From Macrostomum lignano (taxonomy: Eukaryota): DNA of 56,856 bases. The stretch is taken from the NCBI GenBank assembly GCA_002269645.1, contig NIVC01004172.1, forward strand, positions 1-56,856. Direction: 5' to 3'. The notes under the pieces were generated by a model. It saw nothing but the letters and a program-made list of their open reading frames with translations. It was not told the DNA's origin and did no database searches. Shown here one piece after another: positions 23,458 to 35,400 of this stretch (position 1 is the stretch's first letter; every line of letters starts with the position of its first letter). The translations under genes and the position numbers were made by a program.

Positions 23458-26400
23458 TCAGTCGATCCCGAAGCACAGGTAGCAGGCGACACGGTAGGTG
23501 CACTGCACGCAGACCAGCAGGTACGAGCTGACCGCATCTTCGTGCTGCTCAAAGCAGATCAGCACGGAATGTCGGCGGCGGTCGGCCCAGACCTGTCGGC
23601 GGCGGCCAACCAGGGACTGGAGCACGGTGGCCAGCTCGCCGGGCCGCAGCTCGCACAGCCAGAGCCCGCGCGGCCGAAAGCAGGCGACGGTCCGCAGCGG
23701 CAGCGGACAGACGCTGCCAGCCTCCGAGTGGAAGATGGAGCGGCGATGTACCTGCGGCGGGGGCAGCCGGCGATTACCGCCACCGCCGGAGTGGAGCGAG
23801 CGGAAGCAGCGGCAGAGGTCGCTGCCGGGGTCCTCGGCGAACAGCAGCAGCCGCTGGAAGCCGGCGTTGCCGACTGTCTGCAGCACGTAGTGCCAGTCCT
23901 CGTCGTTGGGGCAGCGCTGGTCCAGCAGCAGCTGCTCGATGTCGCAGCGCGAGACGGACTGGCTGAGCGGGAACACCTCCAGGCAGACGTTGCTCAGCAG
24001 GCCGCCTGCCTGGTCGAGCTGCTGCGGCTGCGGCGCCGGCTGCGGAGACGGCGAAGGCCCGGACGATGCGGCTTCGTCGGCCGCGACTTCGAGCTGCAAA
24101 GGCTGTGGAATAGTTGTGGGGGAGTTAGGAGTATGAGATACTCGGGCTTGCAGTATGAGATACTCGGGCTTGCAGTATGAGATACCCGAGCTTGCAGGTG
24201 GGATCGTTGTTTATAGTATATAGCTCGTACTTTTAGTACTTTATATAGTAATTGTCAGATACATAATATTGATTAATATTGTTAATGCAAATAGCTGTGC
24301 GTATCCCTTTCTAGAAAGTTCAATAAATATCCAATACAGTATCGTACCGATATATCTATGGTTGTTAGTTCATATCGCAAATACGCTAATACTTTAAGTG
24401 CCCCCCAAACTGCTCAATTTTTCATCTTGTGTATTTTCTTGTTAAAACTGATAAAATATACTTAATTAAAAGAAGCAAATTTCAACAGATTATGGGCCCA
24501 GCCGAGGCCACTGCGAGTACTTCGATGTACTAGATCATTCTGGTAATCTGTTTCTTCGTGCCTTCTGGAAACTTGATCGCTCGGTCGATCAGTTACGTTG
24601 CTATGGCTGCAAGCGAAGAAAAATGGCACATAGAGAAGCTCACGAAGGACAATTGGATGACGTGGAAAATCCAAATGAAACATTGTTTAATCGCAAGAAG
24701 ACTCTGGGGCATAGCTACCGGAGAAGATGTTCTTCAGCAAGACGCAAATGAAGCACGACGCAATGAATTCAAGGAACAGCAACAGCGAGCAGCAGCAATG
24801 ATAGTTCTGTCTCTCAGCAGTGAGTACATCTACCTTGTGACTACATGCGATGATGATCCGAGGCAGATGTGGCAAATTTTATGTGGTCATTTCGAACGTG
24901 ACTCGACTGCCAACAAGTTGTTTTTGAAGAAAAAACTATTTAGACTGCAGATGACTGATGGGACTCCAGTTCAGGAGCACATTCGCTGTCTGAAGGAGTT
25001 AACTGACAAGCTGGCGTCCATAATGCTGCTGTGTCTGACGAAGACCAGGTTGTGATTCTTCTTAGCAGTCTACCTGACAGCTACAGTCATCTGGTTACGG
25101 CTCTGGAGACCCGAAAGGAAGAGGAGCTGACTTTGCTGACGGTTCAACAAGCACTGCTTAATGAAGAAATGAAACGAAGTGAAACTATGAAATACGAATC
25201 CCGTGATTCGGAATCTGCTCTTCGTGTTGACAAATTTAAGGGACGCAGACCAATTAAGTGCTACACCCGCTGGAAAATGGTGCCTCAGCGCAAGCGTGAT
25301 TTTGGCGTTTTTTAAGCAGAGAAGGCGAGTTTTGGGTGTGCAGAGCGTGCTTTGGGCTGGCTGAGTGTCAGTTAGGCGTAAAATTGGGGTGGTGGGTGGG
25401 GGGAGAGAAAAACGCCAAACCCGCTTAACCAGCTAATAAACGCCTGGGCAACTTAGGCAGCTAATTTTACGCGCAACCAGCTGGAAAGACGCCTAGGCAG
25501 CTAAGTTTACGGCCATGTAGGAAAGTACGCTTGGGCCGCCGAAATTACGCTCTGCCCGCCCAAATGACGCTTTGGCTGCTCTGACAGCCAATTTTACGCT
25601 CAACCAACTGAAGTGACGCTTAGACAGCTAAGCTTACGCCCAACCAGTTGGAATGACGCCTAGCCAGCTAAGTTTACGCCAACGGGATCATGCAAAGTAC
25701 CGTCGCGCGCTGGTCGCCGCCGTCGCTGAATTCAACGGCCGCGCGGCCGCCGCGCGCGTGGCAGTGACATGAATAATTTCTCGACGTCATCCCGCCGCCC
25801 CGCACGGTCAGCAGTCGGCTGACGGCCAGCCGCAAGGATGCGGCTAATATCGCAGCCAGATACAAGGAGCTAGTAGGGGAGATCACGAGCGCGATTGAAA
25901 ATTTCATGGCTCCATATTCGGTGTCAATATTGTTACAGTATTAGCTTGCATGGTTGACTTTGCCAGGAAGCTGCACATTTACTAGCAACATGTTGCCGCT
26001 GTATTATCACTGCGGTAGATTATACCCTTTCTGACACCTTGCATTACGTTCTGAAACGCAACAATACAATTGAAAGTAATAATTAAAGTAGACTTTTTGA
26101 TGGAATACAGTAATTCTGTTGGCAAAAGACCGGAAGCAAATGTTTTATTTGGAATTTAACTGCCGTCGAAGGCCCACTTTAAAAGACCAATGATGACTAA
26201 TTATGAAATGTATTTCAATTGCGCAACTTGTTGAAAACATCTATTATAGGCATGAATGAACTGAGCGAGCACCCAACGTGTGTCTACAATTAACGACAAC
26301 TGCGTTATCTTGCTCGAGTGGAATAGGCACAGATTCAAATTGCATTGTATTTTTCGCTCAGATCATGCCCAAAGAAGAGTAGTGCTGCACTTCTGTGATC

Positions 26401-29400
26401 TGCACTTACATTTAACTGGCTGGCATAACAGGCCTCTGCCTAAACCGGAGCTCTCTAATACTAAAAGTATTTTAGTCAATACTTGGAATGACTGGACCAA
26501 CTTTTGTGTTTAGTAGTCGTTTATTTGTTGCCTAATTGTTGTGGCTTTGTGCAATGTTAAAATAAGTATAGGAGATTAGTAAGAGTAATCTGTTAAATGT
26601 TTCTTCATCTTTCATTGTAGGCAGCTTTCTAGCTGTACACTTTTTTGGCTTGTACTTAATTAATTATATGACCTTTGTATCATTTGTGTGGCAAAATTCT
26701 TGATTTTTGCCTTTGGCATGTATATATAAATAAGAATTTGTTGCCAATTAAAGTATATGACTAGACCTATTTACAAGTCGCATCTGATAAGATTTTTAGG
26801 CTGAGAAGGCCTAAGCTTGAGAGTTCATGTGTTTTGATTCATTATATTGATGTATTTAAACTGTCTTTAGACACATAATTTAGAGCTTTTTTTCTAGAAA
26901 TCAATCAGTGTGAAATTGTGAAAATATGCATATATGATGTGATATGAACTTTGTATATAATATTTCATTTTTATTGGTTATTAATAGAAAGTCTACATTG
27001 CTTTTTTTGTCATTTTAGGCACTATCAAGCTGAAAAAATGATTTCTTGCTAGCTACTATCATTCCTAGCTATCTTTTTTTAAAGATACAATCATGTCAAA
27101 ACAGCTGAAACAATTTCTTGCATCTCATTTTGAATATCATACGAAAAGGGAAAACAAGATCTTGAAATAAATAAGTGTAGATCTCAAGCTTTCAATTCAA
27201 GATCTTAAGTCTAGGTTTCTTAATATGCCTAGGAGTAATTATTAATATGCATATTTAGGCGTAATAGGAAATTTTAATTAATATAATTTAATATAAAGTC
27301 GTATAGTATAGTAATGATACCATACAAAAAATGGACTATTGCCTTTAATGTTAAATTGTCAAACATTTGTTTAAAAAAATATCCATACTTGGCTAGCTTA
27401 ATTTATAGACTTCTGCATACATAAATCCAAGAAATAGCTTGATTTACAACTGTCCATTTAATGTATAAAAAAAGTAAGAATATAACCTATGACACATTTT
27501 CATGATTGGTACTACTAACAAGAATAATGTTGCAAATTCCTTCCACTTCTATATCAATTTGCTTCAAAATTTTTTGCTTCTCAAAGTATTTATTTTTAAT
27601 TTCTTCTTTTAATGTCCCTTTCTCCTTCCTTCTGTTTAAGGTAGCAACATTAGTAAACTCAAATGAAATAGACCTTGAACATGAGGACATTAGAGGAGAC
27701 TGTTGCTTCCACTTCTAGTTCTAGTTATGGCAGCATTGCCAGATTGCCAGTTTCAATATTGGACAACAGCCTCTTGTGGTTGCAGCATTATATATATAGA
27801 CTAAGCAATGGCAAGATCCTCTAAATGCAGCAAAAGACAGGCAGACAGATAATGCGATGCGACCACCCAAAAACCCACAGCCATGGATGATGTTCCTGGA
27901 GGCGTCAGGCGCCCTGACAGGCGTCAGTATTATGCAGACTACAAGCGGCAACGGATTGCCACGGAGGACCCTGTGAAGGCAGCTGCGCGTAAGGCACGTG
28001 CTGCCAAACACCAGTACCGCTATCAGGCGCGCAAACGGCAGGAAGCTGCAGGCGCAATTGCTGTACCTCCCAGTGGTGCGAATGCAGAGCCTGCAACTGA
28101 GGACACAGTGTACGACGCAGAGCATTCGGACGAGGAAATTAATCGATTTATCCCAAGACCTGCCGGCGACACAGTTGGACCCGTCGCTGGTGCAAATGCG
28201 ACGCCAGCTGGCGACCACGTGCACGGGTGTGGCCAGGGGCATGGGCAACGCGAAGCATCGTATGATGCAGACGAAGAGAGCAGCAGCGACATGGAGGATG
28301 TGCACGTGCTTGGTGGCGACCCTGCTGACAATTCCACAGATTCTGGAGACTCAGAGTCAGATGACACTGCGCAGGAACATGACTATGGCGGTCCTGACCG
28401 GCAGCAGCCAGTGACTGACGGCAGCCGTCACACATACGGCAGTTTCTGCGTTGCTGTCCAGATGTTTAAGGTGAATGTCAGTCTGAAATTGTCAATGTCT
28501 GTCACGTATGGAATGCGAGTGCCACGAATGCGTCACCTTTTTGCGACTATACAGACGCGACACCGACTCACACGATGCGCACTGACGGACCTGCTGCAGC
28601 TATTCGAAAGCACCCTGCCTCCTGGCTCCAAGATCCCCACGTCACCCTATCTACTGCGCAAGGCTCTCGGGTCAACAAAAAGGTGAACTGCACACACTAC
28701 TGCCTGTCCTGCCTGGCTGAAGTCCCGGAGCAGGCCCCCGCCTGTCCATGCTGTGCTGCCGCTCTCACAGCTGACCTGCGCGGGACCTACTGGCAGTTGG
28801 ACATACTGAGCCAAGTGAGACAGTTAATCGAAACGCAGGGACTGCTGCGCAAGGTGGTGTTTCCGGCTGATCAGTCGGCCACAGAGGAGTCGCTGAGTCG
28901 CAGTACCTCCAGCAGATACCAGTATTTCAAGGCCCGTATCGACGTGGCGGCGAAGCAGCATGTCAGCGGAACGGTGAATATTGACTCTTTCCAGGTCAGT
29001 CAACTTTATGGCGTTAAAATCGTTACACTCCGGGCTGCGGCCTATAGTTACAGTCCGATAGTGTGAGTAACAAAATTAATAATTCGTTGCCATTGTGCAG
29101 GTCTTTCAAACAGCCACCTATTCAATTTGCCCGGTGTACCTGAGCATCAACGAGGTGCCCGAACGACTGAAAGGAAAATTTTTAATCATCTGCGGGTTCT
29201 GGTGTGGACGCCGGAAACTGAATTGCACCGCCTTCCTCCGACTTCTTGTACAGCAGTTAAATATTCTGCAGTCGCGTGGCGTGGAGTACTCACTGGTAAA
29301 TATTTACTCCAACATTGACGGATAAGACGGTCCAAAGAAAAGCATCCGCACTTAGGCTGCGTATTAAATTTTAGGTGGCGGCCCAGACGGACTTTCCGCC

Positions 29401-32400
29401 GGTCGTCTGTTCGTGACAATCCTGGTGCTGCTTCTGGATGCACCCCAGCGTGTCGAAGCAACCTGTCTGCAGCAGTTTAATGCGCTTTTCGGGTGTGACC
29501 ACTGTTACATCCAGACGGCCCCTGTTCCCGGTGGTGGCGGCCGTTTCTTCCCTCCTGATGTCACGAATGTGCACCTCGCCGAAGCGGAACGGCATGGCTG
29601 CCAGAACGTAACACGCCGGACTCTGGAGGACACGGTGCACCTCGCCGGTAATAAGGCACCGGCCGCCAGCAACCTGCTCGGCGTGAAGTCCGTTTCGCCT
29701 CTGATCGGACTGGTGCGACAGGGGTTCGACTACATTGTGGACTCGCCGTTCTGCTACTTGCACCAGACGCTGGGTGGCGTTAAGTACATCATCTGCCAGT
29801 TGTTCAGCCAGATGGACAGAAAGCCAGACAAATATGCAGGTGAGATACAGCTGCGTCTATCGCTACAAATCCATCCCACTTACAGTACATATGAAGAATA
29901 CGCAGTTGGAATCCCAATAACGGGCTTTCTTACAGTCAATCCTGATCTGCGGCACGACATTCCGACCGTGGACGTAATGACGGCCCAGATCCGGGTTCCA
30001 AGGGGCTCCATTCAGCGACCTCCCCGCAGTCTCCGGGATCTTCATCACTTCCGCGGGCACGAGTTTGAAGCGTGGCTGCTGGCATACGGCCCTCTGGTGC
30101 TGCCCCATGTGTTGCATGGCGAGTATGAGCGATACCTGCAACACTTCCTGTTGCTGTCATCCTCCGTCTTTTGGCTGACTCTGGAGGGGGCGCCGATGAC
30201 GGAAGTTGCAGGGACAAGGGCGAACCTGCGCCAGTTCGGCCATCAACTCCACGGCCTGTACTCGCGACGCGCCAGTACTTACAATATGCACAAGGTGCTG
30301 GAGAGTGTCGTTAAGGGTTTTTAAACAAAGTTGCAGATTTTGTTCTCACTGTCACCACACGGTCATTGAAATTTTTTCCACACAGGTTACTCATCACATG
30401 ACCGACTATGCCGAAATGTTCGGCCCTATCCACCTCCTGTCAGCGGCGCAATTCGAGGCGCATCATCATGCTCTGCTCTCCCAGCTGCACGGCAGCCGGA
30501 GCCTCGGCGCTGAGCTGCACGCCGTCATCCAGACGGAGGTCGCCTGTCGGGAACTGCGCGGTAGAGTCCCGCTTCCTCCTGCTGTCCCTGACAACCGGCA
30601 GGAAGTGGATGGGGTGGTTGTGACTCACCCATTGCGACGGACTGACGGGTGCTTCAGACACGCGTTGCTGCCGAACGGCTTCCGTATTGAGGCCTACTCA
30701 CCTCGGTTGCGGGCGCGACGCACAGTCTCCAGCTTCGTCGGCATGTTTGCGGACAACTGGTCTCACCCGAGTGATCGCTCCGCACATGACTTCCTCTTTG
30801 CCCGTGTGGAAGCTATTATGCCAAGGGGCCCCCGCGTTATCCTCCGCATCGGACTGCTGCCGGTGGAGCCACCGCCTCCACAGCCAATCTTCAGTGGCGC
30901 TGCAAGCCAAGACAATGCACCCGGGGGATGCTCCTTCCGGCATGTCCGCCGTCTGCGCTGCGACCCCTTTGGAGAACTTCCGGAGGCAGACATGCGTGAA
31001 CTGGATGCGCGGCGCATCTTGGGCGCGTGTGTCCTCACAGACACGCACATCGTGCTCTTGTCGCACGCGCAGGCGTCCCATGCATGACAAATTGCGGTGC
31101 TGCATGACTGTCTCAATGTCTGTAAACTGACTGTTTTGTAATTAAAATTTGCCTCTGCCGCCGACTGTTTGAGTTATATGTCTTTTCTTTAAACACTCTT
31201 GGATGTCGAATCTTATAAAATCCGCATACAGAAATGAGAAATTTGAATGGTAATCTAGTATGTACACCTTTTTCTGCATTTGTCTATTGTACATATTTAT
31301 ATTTAATGGAAGCAAACACTGCTTTTCTTTAATATGCCGTGCATAATTTAATTAATTTTGCTCACATTTCTCCTTCGTTCAGCCAGCGATCCTGCGATGT
31401 CAGGTCCCGTTGTAAAAAACATCCGTTTCAGAGCGTCCGTTTTGCGACTTGTCTCGCTAGATTCGATGCACTGAATTGATTGCTCTGCTCTGTTCTGTTT
31501 GCTCTGTTCCACTGACTGACTCATTGTCTTAGTTGCTTTTGTGAAACTAAAATTCAGTACCCGCGTAACGTTCCATTTCCACATTTGTGACCATTCAATC
31601 CCCAGCTAAACTACATCCTAGATACATATCAGTACGTTTCCATATATGTACAGCGACTGCGGTGTTTTGCCCCCCCCCTTGCAGACGCAGCAGACGAAGA
31701 CCCAGCGCAGGCCGAGTCAGCGCGCAACAGCGCAGGCTTCTGCAGCAGCAGTAGCAGCAAGCACCAAGCCGAAGAAGGGCCGCAATGTTAACTCCCAGCC
31801 AAAAGTCGCTGTACACGTGGAGAATCCCACTCCTAGCCAGCAACCCATTCTGTGCACATTCTGCGGGTCCTGGCCCCCCGAGTTCCATTGCGACCGCTGC
31901 CCCCCTGTAGGTCAGCATACGTGCGACGGCTGCAATACACAGTTCCATAATCACCCCGACCGACGCAGTCATCAGCCTGTGCGTCTACACGAAGGTAAGC
32001 TCAGAAGATATTGATACCGGGTTAAACATTTGCGAAGTCCAAGTCCACACTGTCTCGGATGCACTACAAGTCCCCCTCTCCCACGCCCACACAATCCCTC
32101 CAGTAATCAATACGGAGCCCGCTGCCCCGTCTGTCTCTGAAGGCGCGGAAAACAGTCAGCCTGCCGCGCTAGCGACAGTCAACGAAGAAGCTGCCGGCGA
32201 AGCTGACGACGCTCCCACAGGTCCGTGCCACCAGTGCAGCTTGCTGGAGGAGCAACTCGGCGAGGCCCGGACGACCGCCAACCGCCTTGACGCGACGATC
32301 GTCGAGCTGCGCGAACAGGTCGCCGAGGCCGCGAGTGCACACCATGCAGAGGTTGCATCTCTCCGGATGGAGATTGACCACCTGCGGAATGTGTTGGCGG

Positions 32401-35400
32401 ACCGAGACGCCGACCGACACCGTCTGGATTCTGACCTCCTGGCATTGCAGCGCAACGTCGTTGAGTGGGTGCAGTCCACTCGGCAGCACCTGCAGGGGGA
32501 CCTGGCACCTCGAAGCGCGCTACAACGCCATCATTGTCTGGAAAATCGTCGTGATGAGGCTGCGGCAACCGAGTCTACGTTTTTGTCGCAGCTCTACTCC
32601 ACGGAGGCGGTGTCGTTCTCTGCTGCCACTGCAGCCGCCACCGTGTCCGCCCAGCCCATGGCCGCCGCTGCTGCTGTGCATCAGCAGGACCTGGCTGCAG
32701 GCGGGGCGAGCGGCACGATGACGCCACTACTGGCCGGCTATAATATCTTGGTAAGGCGTCACACTGATTTTTTACAAAACCAAGTATTTTTACTTGCAAT
32801 CACTTCCGTTATTCCGTGTATTTCATTACACTGTCAGGTTCCTGCCCTCACCGCCGTCGTCGTTCGGTCGGCACTAAGTGACTTCAAGCGGGACCCGGAC
32901 GCTCACAATCGGAGCCGCCTGATCCGGAAGCTGCTGCAGGCCCTCTTCACCAAAGAGGAGCTGCAAATCAGCAGCTGGTCCGGCAAGACCCGCCGGCCCG
33001 GCGCTGCTAACAGCCCCGAGAAAATGATGCAGGCTCCGTCGGCTGCAAAGCTCGACGTCCTGGCGTCTTTCCTGTTGACGGAGGCCGGCATTGCTGACTG
33101 CAACGACGAGGTCCGGGCCGTGTTTAAGAACATGGCCGACAACAGTCGGCGGGGCTCGTGCCCGAAGGCTGCTCGTCCTGCCCCTGGAGGTGGCGATACG
33201 CAAGCCGAAAAGCGCCCCCGCCATGCAGAGTCTGCTATCACACTGCAATCACGGCCGGCGAATGCGTCTAATCCTGAACCGGCGGCGAATAGGGGATCTG
33301 CACCAGTGGTTAATGATGGCTCTGAACCGGCGGCGACTGCGTCTGCCTAAAAACGTATAATCTGTGTCAAAATAACATCACAAAAATGGTTACACGTTTT
33401 CGTCTTCATGCTGGTTTAAAAGCGCTCTTGCAAGCTAGCTTCAACTCATCCACTGTTTTTTCAGTTGCAAGTTACTAGTGATTCCCCACAAAATTTGTCC
33501 CGGCGAAAAGTTCATTATTGCTGCACCGGGATATCTGTTGAGTTTGACTCAACAGCGCCATGCTTTTATTGTTCTTTAGTACTTTGCATTGCATTACAAA
33601 AAAACAAAAAAATTACATTGTGGCTCTCATTACATTTCCAGCTCCACTGTTTTTGCTGCTCCAGCTCCACAGCATTTTATTATGTTCCAGTTCAAGATTT
33701 ACGTTTACAACTTTCTTTGCTGTTTGTATTACTTTCTTGTTACAGCTACGACTTTTACGCAGCTTGTCTTTTTGCTCAGTCATTTGCCAGCGAATTAATG
33801 TTAATGTTAATGTTAAAAAATAATATTTAATTAAATACATACGTTCCTAGTTGTGTTATAAATTAAAAAACCAATTAAGGTAACTAGCTAAAAATTTTCA
33901 GCCATTATCTCTTACACTTTTGATTATTTTCTACGTACGGGACGCAGCTAGTACAGTGTATTCCCGAAGTACCGCGGCGTAAGCAATTACCGGGCAAGGC
34001 GTATTTCAAGCGTAGCACTGGCGTATGCCAGGCTGGCAACATGCGTATCTCAAGCGTACCGCGGGCGTAAGCTTAGCGGGCAAGGCGTATTTCAAGCGTA
34101 CCGCGAGCGTTAACCCCACCCCAAACCCCAGCTGGTTAGGCGTGCGTGGGCGGTTTCTAGGCGTATTTTTGGCGGTTTCTGAAAATGTGCCTCAGTTTTA
34201 CGCCTGTTTTACGCTTCTTTACGCACAACCTGCTATGTTTACGCCAAGTTTACGCGAAGCTCCCCCATCCTCCCCATAGCCGCGCACCCCCACCCACCCC
34301 TCCCCCGGAGCGTTTTTAAAGCGCATTTTAGGCGTATTTCGCGCTCCGTTTTCCAGCGGGACACATGTGGCAAGGAAGGACACTTCAGTAGAGAGTGCAG
34401 GTTCAACGTGAGCAACAGGCAGCAAAACTCAAAATCGACTCTGCATAAAGCTAAAACTGCAGAAAGTACGAGTCATTCGAATCCGAACCTGGACAACGAG
34501 ATAGCCGATAGTGCCGCTACATTTCTTACCTCTGAAGAAACTGGTCCTCAGGACACAACTGCACGGTGGATAATTGACTCTGGTGCGACAAGACATATGA
34601 CCTGTCAAAGGAATGCTCTAAAAGACTACACTGAATTCGATGAACCGGAAAATGTAGGTCTCGGAGACGGGCGAACAGTTCAAGCTTAAAGAACTGGACG
34701 AGTGAACATCGTCACGAGACTCCCTGGTGGTGAGCGTTCTAACGCAGTACTTGGATCTGTACTTTTCGTACCTAGACTAGCCTGCAATCTGTTCAGTGTA
34801 CGTGCGGCTACACTTAAGAACAATGTCATTCAGTTTGGTCACACTAGGTGCTGGATTCGAAACCAAACAGGGAAGCTAGTAGGCTTTGGAACACTAGTTG
34901 ATCGATTGTACCAACTTGAGTGTGATGCAGATTGCAACTTAGCTACAGCTGCAGTAACGACTACAAAGTCAGAGCTCGAAACTGCCAATTTGTGGCATCA
35001 ACGTCTAGGACATCTCCACAGAAATCAACTCGAACAACTATTCAAGAAAAGGTACGTCGAGGGTACTGACACTTCCATTGTGAGTGATATGAATTTCTGT
35101 GAAGCGTGCGTTGAAGGAAAGGCACATCGAAAGAATCACAAATCAGTGGGAGAAATTCGCTCATCAGAAGTACTGCAACTTGTGCACAGTGACATTTGTG
35201 GACCAATGCAGACGCAGTCGTTTGGCGGGAATCGATTTTTTGCGACTTTCATCGATGACTTCTCTCGCATTGTGAAGGTCTATTTTCTGAAGACTAAGTC
35301 TGAAGTCTTCCAGAAGTTTAAGGAATTCGAAGCGCAGGTGACTAATGAGACTGAAAAAACAATAAAAGTTCTCCGAACTGATGGTGGAGGAGAGTACATG

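Larger units (their letters stand above)
25266..34360 (+). mobile_element. CACTA/EnSpm (CMC) DNA transposon, 9095 bp
   Basis: Perfect 12-bp TIR CCCGCTGGAAAA / TTTTCCAGCGGG, extending imperfectly to ~18 bp. A 3-bp TSD ACA restores Copia TGC TAC ACA TGT (C-Y-T-C). Subterminal short-repeat clusters at ~25290-25680 and ~33960-34340. Confidence 0.92.

Noticed and set aside
27487-27718. Short Lys/Glu-rich ORFs in the AT-rich interior of the CACTA element
   Set aside because: Low complexity, non-ATG starts, no recognisable motif or splice support; a third cargo gene cannot be supported.
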